A stretch of 26,154 nucleotides of DNA from Solirubrobacteraceae bacterium. GTDB lineage: Bacteria; Actinomycetota; Thermoleophilia; Solirubrobacterales; Solirubrobacteraceae. This document shows positions 1 through 11,006 of this stretch, piece after piece. The notes under the pieces are model-generated. The model was not told the DNA's origin. It searched no databases and saw nothing but the letters and a program-made list of their open reading frames with translations. The position numbers and the translations under genes are program-made. Position 1 is the first letter of the stretch. Every line of letters begins with the position of its first letter. The stretch is from assembly GCA_050015415.1 (NCBI GenBank), contig JBEKBL010000023.1:1-26154 (forward strand). Reading direction: 5' to 3'.

Positions 1-1
1 C

Positions 2-562
2 TGCGCCCTGCAGGCGGCGATGCAGGGCTACCAGGTCGCGACGCTCGAGGATGTGCTCGAGACCGCCGACATCTTCGTGACCGCGACGGGCAATCTGAAC
101 ATCATCAGCGCCGAGCAGATCGGGCGGATGAAGCACCAGGCGATCGTCGGGAACATCGGCCACTTCGACAACGAGATCGACATCGCCGGGCTCGCCGCGG
201 TCCCCGGAATCCGGCGCGTCAACGTCAAGCCGCAGGTCGACGAGTGGGTCTTCCCGGACGGGCATTCGGTGATCGTTCTGTCCGAGGGTCGCCTGCTCAA
301 CCTCGGCAACGCGACCGGCCACCCGAGCTTCGTGATGTCGAACTCGTTCACCAACCAGACGATCGCCCAGATCGAGCTCTACACCAAGCGCGACTCCTAC
401 GAGAAGCGCGTCTATGTGCTGCCGAAGCTGCTCGACGAGAAGGTTGCGCGCCTGCATCTCGACGCGCTCGGCATTCACCTGACGGAGCTCCGTCCCGAGC
501 AGGCCGCCTACATCGGCGTCCCCCTCGATGGGCCCTACAAGAGCGATCACTACCGCTACTAG
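2..562 (+). CDS. ahcY: S-adenosyl-L-homocysteine hydrolase, C-terminal part (5' end lies outside the window)
   Basis: Frame is open from position 2. Motifs [39 protein letters not shown] and the canonical terminus [10 protein letters not shown]. Confidence 0.97.
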   Translation, partial: CALQAAMQGYQVATLEDVLETADIFVTATGNLNIISAEQIGRMKHQAIVGNIGHFDNEIDIAGLAAVPGIRRVNVKPQVDEWVFPDGHSVIVLSEGRLLNLGNATGHPSFVMSNSFTNQTIAQIELYTKRDSYEKRVYVLPKLLDEKVARLHLDALGIHLTELRPEQAAYIGVPLDGPYKSDHYRY

Positions 563-1830
563 TGCCGGCCGGGCGGCGTAGCGCGCGCGCCTCTCACGAC
601 GCCGTCCTCGCGGACGCCGGTGCGGCCCGAATTGCCTGGGCCGACCGGCAGATGCCCGTGCTGCGGGCGATACGCGAGCGCTTCGAACGCAAGCGTCCGC
701 TCGCCGGCCTGCGCGTCGCCGTCTGCCTGCACATCACCGCCGAGACCGCGAACCTCGTTCGCACCCTGCTGGCGGCCGGGGCCGAGGTGGACCTGTGTGC
801 GGCCAACCCGCTCTCGACGCAGGACGACGTCGCCGCCGCACTGAGCGCGGTGCATGGCGCCGAGGTCCACGGGGAGCGCGGGGAGGACCGTGCCGCGTAC
901 GCGCGCCATATCGAGCGACTGGTTGCCGCTCGCCCGCAGATCCTCATCGACGACGGCGCCGAGCTGATCGTCACCGCGCACGCTGGTCTCGCGCCGATCG
1001 CGGCGGAGCTGATCGGTGCCACCGAGGAGACGACGACCGGCCTCGTGCGGCTACGCTCGATGGAGGCCGACGGCGCGCTTCGTTGCCCGGTCCTGGCCGT
1101 CAACGAGACGCTCACCGAGCGCGTCTTCAACGACCGTTACGGCACCGGCCAGTCGGTGATCGACGGGATCCTCCGCGCGACCGACCTGCTATTCGCAGGG
1201 CGCTCCGTGGTCGTCCTCGGCTACGGCTCGGCGGGCCGGGGTGTGGCGGCCCGCGCGAAAGGCGCGGGAGCAAACGTTGCGGTCTGTGAGGTCGACCCGG
1301 TGCGCGCGCTCGAGGCACGGATGGAGGGCTATGCCGTTTTGCACTCGCTCGCCGCGGCGGCGATCGGAGAGGTGTTCATCACCGTCACGGGTGCGCCGGG
1401 AGTCCTGCGGCGCGAGCATTTCGAGTTGATGATGGACGGCGCCGTACTCGCGAACGCCGGCCATTTTGATGTCGAGATCAGCCTCGCCGATCTCGCGGCA
1501 ATCGCCGTTTCGCCGCCGCGTGCCGTGCTGCCGTTGATCGACGAGTACGAGCTCGCGGACGGTCGTCGGCTCAACCTCGTCACACAGGGGAGGGTCGTGA
1601 ACCTCGCGGCGGCTGCCGGCCACCCTGCGGCGGTGATGGACATGTCGTTCGCGGCGCAGGCCCTCGCCGTCGCCCACCTGGCGCGCCAGGAAGCCCGGGT
1701 CGGTCCCGGTGTGCGCCTGCCGCCATTCGCGCTCGACCACGAGGTGGCACGGCTCAAGCTTGCCTCGCTCGGCATCGAGATCGACGTTCTCAGCGACGCG
1801 CAGGAGCGCTATCTGCGCTCGTTTCGCTGA
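562..1830 (+). CDS. Second, short-type adenosylhomocysteinase-like protein (422 aa) with a substituted catalytic motif
   Basis: GTG at 562 overlaps the TAG of ahcY (TAGTG). AhcY motifs IAWADRQMPVL, CLHITAETA, ANPLSTQDD, IDDG, EETTTG, GYGSAG, NAGHFD, GRVVNLAAAAGHP. The TKxxFDNxYG motif reads TERVFNDRYG. The ORF-track start at 244 lies inside ahcY and is not credible. Confidence 0.9.
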   Translation: MPAGRRSARASHDAVLADAGAARIAWADRQMPVLRAIRERFERKRPLAGLRVAVCLHITAETANLVRTLLAAGAEVDLCAANPLSTQDDVAAALSAVHGAEVHGERGEDRAAYARHIERLVAARPQILIDDGAELIVTAHAGLAPIAAELIGATEETTTGLVRLRSMEADGALRCPVLAVNETLTERVFNDRYGTGQSVIDGILRATDLLFAGRSVVVLGYGSAGRGVAARAKGAGANVAVCEVDPVRALEARMEGYAVLHSLAAAAIGEVFITVTGAPGVLRREHFELMMDGAVLANAGHFDVEISLADLAAIAVSPPRAVLPLIDEYELADGRRLNLVTQGRVVNLAAAAGHPAAVMDMSFAAQALAVAHLARQEARVGPGVRLPPFALDHEVARLKLASLGIEIDVLSDAQERYLRSFR

Positions 1831-1898
1831 GCATGCGAGACCTCGCGCCGCGCGAGCCGCAATCGCGATCACGATTGGCGTGAGGCGGCACCAGCCGC

Positions 1899-1907
1899 TG
1901 GTACGCT
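1899..1907 (+). promoter_or_regulatory. Extended -10 box (TGG-TACGCT) of a probably leaderless secA promoter
   Basis: TACGCT at 1902-1907, preceded by TGn and 7 nt upstream of ATG 1915; no SD in between. Confidence 0.55.
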
Positions 1908-1914
1908 GAACTCA

Positions 1915-4794
<2,880 letters not shown>

Positions 4795-5911
4795 ATGGCC
4801 AGCGCTCCGAGCGAGGAACCGACTCCCGCACGGCTCGCCGCGATACGCGACCAGCTCAAGCTGCTCGCGGACTATCTTTGACCCAGCTTCGCTGAGCGAG
4901 CGCGTCGCAGCGCTCGAAGCGCAGATGGGCGAGCCAGGCTTCTGGGACGACCAGACTCTTGCCGCGAAGGTTGGCGCCGAACACGCGCGTGCGCAGCGCC
5001 GCTTAGACCTATTCAAGGCCGTCGAGTCAGAGGTTGAGGATCTAGAGACGCTGTTCGAGCTCTCTGCCGATGATGCGGAGCTGGCCGGCGAGCTCGACGC
5101 CGCGATCGCGTCGGTCGAGGCTCGGCTGGCGTCGCTCGAGGAGGAGCGCCTGTTCTCCGGTCGCTACGACGCCGGTGACGCGCTCGTCACGATCAACGCG
5201 GGTGCCGGCGGGACTGACGCCCAGGACTGGGCCGAGATGGTGCTGCGGATGGAGATGCGATGGGCCGAAAGGCGCGGATTTGAGACCGAGCTGCTCGAGC
5301 TGAGCCCGGGCGAGGAGGCGGGCATCAAGTCGGCGACGTTCCGCGCGTCGGGTGAGAACGCCTACGGGCTGTATGGCGCCGAGAAGGGAGTTCATCGCCT
5401 TGTCAGGCTGTCGCCGTTCGATTCGGCCCATCGTCGCCAGACGAGCTTCGCGGGACTCGAGGTCGCGCCCGTCGTCGAGGATGAGGCCGCGATCGAGATC
5501 AACGACGATGATCTGCAGGTCGACACCTACCGCGCCAGCGGGGCCGGCGGGCAGCATGTCAACAAGACCGACTCAGCCGTGCGGATAACCCATCGCCCGA
5601 GCGGGATCGTCGTCCAGTGCCAGAACGAACGCTCGCAGACGCAGAATCGCCAGACGGCGATGGGGATGCTGCGTGCGAAGCTCGCCGAGCGCGAGGAGCG
5701 GGCCCGTCAGGAGGAGATCGCACGCGAGAAGGGGGAGGCGCAGGACGTCAACTTCGGCTCCCAGATCCGCTCATACGTGCTGCATCCTTACTCGCTCGTC
5801 AAGGATCACCGGACGAACTACGAGGTGGGCGACGTACAACGCGTCCTCGACGGCGATCTTGACGCCTTCGTCAGGGCCTACCTGCTCGGCGGGCCGGGGG
5901 AAAGTGGCTGA
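4795..5911 (+). CDS. prfB: Peptide chain release factor 2 (~371 aa), decoded via a +1 programmed frameshift
   Basis: ATG 4795 follows the secA stop directly. 28 codons run to CTT TGA (4876-4881); the +1 frame from 4880 has GGTDAQDWAEM, GVHRLVRLSPF (SPF anticodon motif), GAGGQHVNKTDSAVR (GGQ) and FGSQIRSYVLHPY. Confidence 0.97.
4867..4882 (+). other. RF2 autoregulatory +1 frameshift site TAT CTT TGA C
   Basis: GCG GAC TAT CTT TGA C matches the conserved prfB slippery site and weak stop context. The internal SD is only GGA. Confidence 0.92.
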
Positions 5912-6761
5912 CGTCACGTTCCCGGCGGGGATGACTGAGCTCGTGGGGCGCGCCGTCGCCGAGGATCTGGGCTCGGGCGACGTCACCAGCGAGGCCACGG
6001 TAGCTGCTGCTGCGCGCGCTCGTGCGGCGATCATCCAGAAGCAGGCCGGCGTGATCTACGGACTCGATGCCGCGGCGCTCGCGTTCGAGCTCCTGGATCC
6101 CGGGGCCGTTGTCGAGCGGATCGCGGTGGAAGGGGCGTGGCGCGAACCGGGTGGGGAGGTGCTGCGCATCGAGGGGCTGGCGCGGGCGCTGTTGGCGGCG
6201 GAGCGGACGGCGCTGAACTTCCTGGCGCACCTGTCGGGGATCGCGACGTTCGCGGCGCGCTGCGTGCGTGAGGTGGCGGGCACCGGGGCGCAGGTCCTCG
6301 ACACGCGCAAGACGACCCCCGGTCTTAGGGCGCTCGAGAAGGCCGCTGTCGCGGCTGGAGGGGCCACGAACCACCGCGTCGGGCTCTACGACGCGGTTCT
6401 GATCAAGGAAAACCACGCCGCGGCGGCGGGTGGAATCGCGGCGGCCGTCGCCGCGGCGCGTTCTGGTGCGCCGGGCCTCCCGCTCGAAGTCGAGGTTCGC
6501 GACGCGGATGAGATCGCGCAAGCGCTCGAGGCGGGGGCCGAGCGGCTGCTGCTCGACAACATGAGCATCGGCGAGCTGCGCGCCGCGGTGGCGCAGGTCG
6601 CTGGACGGGCCAGCCTCGAGGCGAGCGGCGGCGTGACGCTCGAGACGCTCCGAGCGGTTGCCGAGACGGGCGTACAATTCATATCGGTGGGCGCCCTGAC
6701 GCATTCCGCGCCGGCGCTCGACCTCTCGATGATTCTCCAGCCGCTGAACGGGCTCCAATGA
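5904..6761 (+). CDS. nadC: Nicotinate-nucleotide pyrophosphorylase (quinolinate phosphoribosyltransferase)
   Basis: [71 protein letters not shown] 5904 follows a G-rich SD and overlaps the end of prfB. Confidence 0.96.
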   Translation: MADVTFPAGMTELVGRAVAEDLGSGDVTSEATVAAAARARAAIIQKQAGVIYGLDAAALAFELLDPGAVVERIAVEGAWREPGGEVLRIEGLARALLAAERTALNFLAHLSGIATFAARCVREVAGTGAQVLDTRKTTPGLRALEKAAVAAGGATNHRVGLYDAVLIKENHAAAAGGIAAAVAAARSGAPGLPLEVEVRDADEIAQALEAGAERLLLDNMSIGELRAAVAQVAGRASLEASGGVTLETLRAVAETGVQFISVGALTHSAPALDLSMILQPLNGLQ

Positions 6762-7765
6762 TGAACCTCCCGATGGCGATGGCCCTCCCGCCCCCGCTCG
6801 AGCCCGGCGAGATCGCCGAGCTGCAGGATGAGGTGCGCGATCTCGCGCGGGCCCGCGACGCCGTGATCCTCGCGCACAACTACCAGCTGCCCGAGGTCCA
6901 GGACGTCGCCGACCTGGTCGGTGACTCGCTCGCGCTCTCGCAACAGGCCGCGCGGACGGCGGCGACGACGATCGCGTTCTGCGGCGTCCATTTCATGGCC
7001 GAGACGGCGGCGATCCTCTCGCCGGAGAAGACGGTCCTGATCCCCGACCTCGACGCCGGCTGCTCGCTCGCCGAGTCGATCACAGCCGCACAGCTCGCCG
7101 CATGGAAGGCGGAGCATCCAGGAGCGATCGTCGTGATGTACGTCAACACCTCAGCCGAGGTCAAGGCCCTGAGCGACTACTGCTGTACCTCCTCGAACGC
7201 CGTCGGAGTTGTGCGCCAGATCCTCGCCGAGCACGGCGCGGACACCGAGATCCTGTTCGGCCCCGACCTGTTCCTCGGCACCTACGTCGAACGCGTCATC
7301 GGTCGCTCGCTGCGGATCTGGGATGGGGAATGCCACGTCCACGCAGGCATTCGTCCGGCCGATATCACGGCGAGCAGGGCTGCGCACCCGGATGCCGAGT
7401 TCCTGATCCATCCCGAATGCGGCTGCGCGACCAGCGCCATGGAGTACGTCGCCGCCGGCGACATCGCCAGCGATGGCGTTCACATGCTTTCGACCTCGGG
7501 CATGCTCCGCTACGCCGTGGACGCGCAGCCAGGCTCCAGCGCGATCGTCGCGACTGAGGTCGGCATGCTCTACCCCCTGCGGCAGGCCGCGCCGGAGGTC
7601 GAGTTCATCGCTGCCAACGCCGAGGCCAGCTGCCGCTACATGAAGATGATCACGCTGCCGAAGCTGCGCGACGCACTGCGCGACGGCGTCCACGAGGTGC
7701 AAGTACCGGACGCCACCGCCGACGCCGCGCGACTTGCGATCGAGCGCATGGTCGCGATCAGCTGA
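6758..7765 (+). CDS. nadA: Quinolinate synthase
   Basis: [18 protein letters not shown], [4Fe-4S] Cys motifs AGCSLA, ECHVH, CRYMK, plus HPEC. ATGA overlap with nadC. Confidence 0.97.
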   Translation: MMNLPMAMALPPPLEPGEIAELQDEVRDLARARDAVILAHNYQLPEVQDVADLVGDSLALSQQAARTAATTIAFCGVHFMAETAAILSPEKTVLIPDLDAGCSLAESITAAQLAAWKAEHPGAIVVMYVNTSAEVKALSDYCCTSSNAVGVVRQILAEHGADTEILFGPDLFLGTYVERVIGRSLRIWDGECHVHAGIRPADITASRAAHPDAEFLIHPECGCATSAMEYVAAGDIASDGVHMLSTSGMLRYAVDAQPGSSAIVATEVGMLYPLRQAAPEVEFIAANAEASCRYMKMITLPKLRDALRDGVHEVQVPDATADAARLAIERMVAIS

Positions 7766-7844
7766 TCTGGCGGATTCGCTGCGCTTAATCGGTAGGGTGA
7801 GATCCCACGGACACCGGTTCGCTCGACAAACACCGGGGGGAAAG

Positions 7845-8378
7845 ATGAAGCCAGGCGTCGCGCTCCTCGCCATCGGCGCACTCGTAGGCTCTGCCGTGGC
7901 CAGCACGGCAGCTGCCGAAGCGTCCTCTCCCGGTGCCCACGCGGCGTCGAGCCTGCCTCCGTGCATCCCCAAGATCACAACCGCAAAGGGCCACGAAGCG
8001 GTCGAGTACTGCGGCCCGGCAACCGCGAAGCTGGTGTTTGGCGGCAAGAGCTACAACTTCAAGAGCGGCTACTGCAGCGCCGATCCGAAAGCCGGCGTGC
8101 AGCTCGAGGTCACCCTCGGCACGATCGTCGCTGGTCAGACATCGAAGGGCAACGCTGGACTCTCGTTGTTCGAGCTAGAGGTCGTCAAGAGCTCCGGTCT
8201 GACGATCGAAACCGTCAATGCCGACGTCGCCGGGAAGGTGCTCGCCGCGCTCGACACTGCGACCGTCAAGGGCTCGATCTCATCGAGTGGCACGTTCACC
8301 TCGGCTAAGAGTGCGCTCGGCGGCTCCACTCACTTCACCGGATCCTGGAACTGTCACAGCTCGATCTTTACGACGTGA
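7845..8378 (+). CDS. Hypothetical secreted protein (177 aa, Sec signal peptide, 4 Cys)
   Basis: ATG 7845 follows GGGGGG. MKPGVALLAIGALVGSAVASTAAA signal-like N-terminus; Ser/Thr/Gly-rich body. Confidence 0.75.
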   Translation: MKPGVALLAIGALVGSAVASTAAAEASSPGAHAASSLPPCIPKITTAKGHEAVEYCGPATAKLVFGGKSYNFKSGYCSADPKAGVQLEVTLGTIVAGQTSKGNAGLSLFELEVVKSSGLTIETVNADVAGKVLAALDTATVKGSISSSGTFTSAKSALGGSTHFTGSWNCHSSIFTT

Positions 8379-8395
8379 TCCGCCCGCTGCCCCGG

Positions 8396-8410
8396 CGGCA
8401 GAGGCTGCCG
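8396..8410. terminator. Possible hairpin between convergent genes
   Basis: CGGCAG-AGG-CTGCCG, between stops at 8378 (+) and 8424 (-). No U-tract. Confidence 0.3.
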
Positions 8411-8423
8411 GCGGCGGCGTCGA

Positions 8424-9674
8424 TCAGCTGAAGTCGCGCTCTGAGTGCGGCCCGACGCAGGCGACCGCGACGTCGGTGCTGATGGCGCGTGCGATCGTGT
8501 CGACCTCGTCGAAGCTGACGGCGTCGATGCGGGAGATCGCCAGGTCGGGATCAATCTCGTCGCGGTGAACGATCGCCTGGTTGGCGGCGTAGCGTGCAAC
8601 GGTGCCCGAGTTCTCGAAGCTGAGGACCCGCCGCCCAGCGGCGTACGCCCGCGCGCGCTCCAGCTCCTCCTCGCGCGGGCCATCGTTGCGGAGCCGATCG
8701 ACGATCTCGCGCATCAGCGCATACGCCTCGACACACTTCGACGAGTCGAGACCGGCTCCGAGCTGCAGGATCGGCGCATCCGCGAAGCTGTGGTCCACCG
8801 ACCAGACCGAGTAACAGAGGCCGCGCTGCTCGCGCAGCTCATCGAACAAGCGCGATCCCATCGAGCCGCCGAGGAGCGTCGAGTAGATGGTCAGAGCTGC
8901 GCGCTGCCTCGGTTCGCGCGAGTCGATCTGCGGCCGGTAGAGCAGACGCAGGTGGGACTGGTTGCTGTCGCGGTGCTCGACGAGCGTCGCCGAGCGGAGC
9001 GCCGGCGCCGGCTCGACCGGCCCCGGCGGATCGAATGCCGGGAAGCGGGCGAACGCCTCGGCGAGCGCGCCGTCATCGGGCAGATGGTCGGTATTGCCGA
9101 CGAGGAAGGCACCGCCGAGTGGCGGCGACCAGCGGCGTGATCGAAAGTCGACCATCGTCTCGCGGCTGAAGCTGCGCAGGTGCTCCACTCCTCCGAGCAC
9201 CGGCCGACCGAGCGGGTGCTCGCCAAAGGCGGCCTCGTCGATCAGGTGCTCGGCGACGGTCGCCGGTTGATCGTTCGAGCGGGCGATCTCCTGGATCACG
9301 ACGCCGCGCTCGCGTTCGAGCTCGGACGCGTCGATCAACGGCCGCCCGACGATGTCGGTCAGGAGATCGATCGCCGCGGCTGCTGCCTCGGCGCGGGAAG
9401 TGATGTGGAACGCGACGAGATCGTGGCTCGTGTAGGCGTTGAGGATCGCGCCCATACGCTCGGCGGTCTCGTTGACCTCGCGGTAATTGCTGTAGCGCTC
9501 GCCGCCCTTGAACACGAGGTGTTCGAGGAAATGCGCGATGCCGTTCTCGGCCTGACGCTCGGCACGGGCGCCGGCGTCGAAGGCGACCAGGGTCGTCAGC
9601 GCGCGCGTTCCCGGGATCGAGATGCGGTGGATCGGTAGGCCGTTCGGGGCCGTCGTTGTGGCGATGGTCGGCAG
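8424..9674 (-). CDS. M16 family (pitrilysin/MPP-like) zinc metallopeptidase (~416 aa), inferred CTG start
   Basis: GIAHFLEHLVFKG (HXXEH at 9533-9519), LNAYTSHD, ERERGVVIQEI, LGRPVLG, SRLFDELREQRGLCYSV. The frame is open upstream of the track start (9515) to an in-frame TGA at 9713-9711. Confidence 0.9.
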   Translation of the reverse strand: MPTIATTTAPNGLPIHRISIPGTRALTTLVAFDAGARAERQAENGIAHFLEHLVFKGGERYSNYREVNETAERMGAILNAYTSHDLVAFHITSRAEAAAAAIDLLTDIVGRPLIDASELERERGVVIQEIARSNDQPATVAEHLIDEAAFGEHPLGRPVLGGVEHLRSFSRETMVDFRSRRWSPPLGGAFLVGNTDHLPDDGALAEAFARFPAFDPPGPVEPAPALRSATLVEHRDSNQSHLRLLYRPQIDSREPRQRAALTIYSTLLGGSMGSRLFDELREQRGLCYSVWSVDHSFADAPILQLGAGLDSSKCVEAYALMREIVDRLRNDGPREEELERARAYAAGRRVLSFENSGTVARYAANQAIVHRDEIDPDLAISRIDAVSFDEVDTIARAISTDVAVACVGPHSERDFS

Positions 9675-9791
9675 ACTCCGAACCGTATTGCAAAGCGCCG
9701 TCGTAGCAGCTCAGCCGCCCCAGCACGCTCTTGCTGGCCGGAATCGCTGGGCTGATCGCTAGGCTGGCTTGGCGACGCGAACGCGGACGCG

Positions 9792-11006
9792 GTGGCGATG
9801 CAGAACTCGATTCAACGAACCATGCTGGCGGTCGTCGCGCTCGTGCTGGTTTTGATCGTGGGAATCTGGTGGGGCGGGCACCCATCCGATCTGCCGCCAT
9901 TCCTGCGTAACGCCTTCGTCTCGCATCCAGACGGGACCGTCGTCGACGAGGCGCTCGCCGATATCGAGCACGACTACCTCCAGCGCCTGCGCGCCACGCA
10001 GCTACAGAACAACGCGATCTCCGGCGCAATCGACGGACTCGGCGATCCCTACGCCGAGTATCAGACACCGGCCGAGTTTCGCGACTTCGGCAAAGCGGTC
10101 GGTCCGGCGCATTTCTCGGGCGTCGGCATCAACGTCCTCGCGCTCCGGCGCGGTCTGCTCGTTGAGTCGGTGATCGCCGGCACGCCGGCCGCTCGCGGCG
10201 GCGTCAAGCCAGGCGACGTGATCGTCAAAGCCGACGGCAGGTCGTTTGTCGGTCGCCCGTCGTCATATTCGACAGGCCTGATCCAGGGCAGAGCGGGCAC
10301 GACCGTGACGCTGACGATCGATCGCGGCAACCACCGGCTGACCTTGGCGCTGAAGCGGGCGATGATCACGGCGCCGGCGACACCGCTCGTCGTCGGCCGG
10401 CTGGTGGACTTCCACCGCACGAAGGTCGCGGTGATCGAGCTGGCCACCTTCGACGTGGCGGGCATTCACACGCAGGTGGCAAACGCGCTGCGACGACTGC
10501 TCCGGCGCGGCGCCCAGGCGATTGTCCTCGACCTGCGCGACAACGGTGGCGGGCTCGTGAGCGAGGCACAGCTCGTCGCGAGCCTCTTCATCCGCCATGG
10601 TGCGATCGTCACGACGCGCGGTCGCACGCAGCCGACGCAGACGCTCTACGCCACCGGTGAGCCGCTCGCTGCGAGTCAGCCGATGGCGGTGCTCGTCAAC
10701 GGCGGGACCGCATCGGCCGCGGAGATCGTCACCGGGGCTTTGCAGGTCGACCATCGCGCGATCGTCGTTGGCACCCATACCTACGGAAAGGGCGTCTACC
10801 AGGAGGTTCTCGGCCTCTCGAACGGCGGCGCGATCAACATCACCGTCGGCGAGTACTTTCTCCCCAACGGCAGGAACCTCGGGGCGGGCGGCCTGCGCCG
10901 CGGGCACGGCATCCAGCCAAACGTGGTCGTGCGAGGCGCGGTCACAGCGCGCGGCGATCCGGTGCTGGCCACGGCTCTGCGCCGAGTCGCGGCGCTAGTG
11001 CGTTGA
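9792..11006 (+). CDS. S41 family C-terminal processing protease (CtpA/Prc-like) with N-terminal anchor and PDZ domain
   Basis: LGDPYAEY, FSGVGI (PDZ loop), LDLRDNGGG, catalytic Ser in GTASAAEI, Lys in TYGKG, GIQPN. Confidence 0.93.
   Translation: MAMQNSIQRTMLAVVALVLVLIVGIWWGGHPSDLPPFLRNAFVSHPDGTVVDEALADIEHDYLQRLRATQLQNNAISGAIDGLGDPYAEYQTPAEFRDFGKAVGPAHFSGVGINVLALRRGLLVESVIAGTPAARGGVKPGDVIVKADGRSFVGRPSSYSTGLIQGRAGTTVTLTIDRGNHRLTLALKRAMITAPATPLVVGRLVDFHRTKVAVIELATFDVAGIHTQVANALRRLLRRGAQAIVLDLRDNGGGLVSEAQLVASLFIRHGAIVTTRGRTQPTQTLYATGEPLAASQPMAVLVNGGTASAAEIVTGALQVDHRAIVVGTHTYGKGVYQEVLGLSNGGAINITVGEYFLPNGRNLGAGGLRRGHGIQPNVVVRGAVTARGDPVLATALRRVAALVR

Noticed and set aside
244-561. N-terminal extension of the 528-aa track ORF
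   Set aside because: It is an alternate frame of ahcY; AhcY homology begins only after GTG 562.
9073-10068. 331-aa minus-strand ORF as a possible peptidase N-terminus
   Set aside because: It is in a different frame from HFLEH and has Arg-rich shadow composition.
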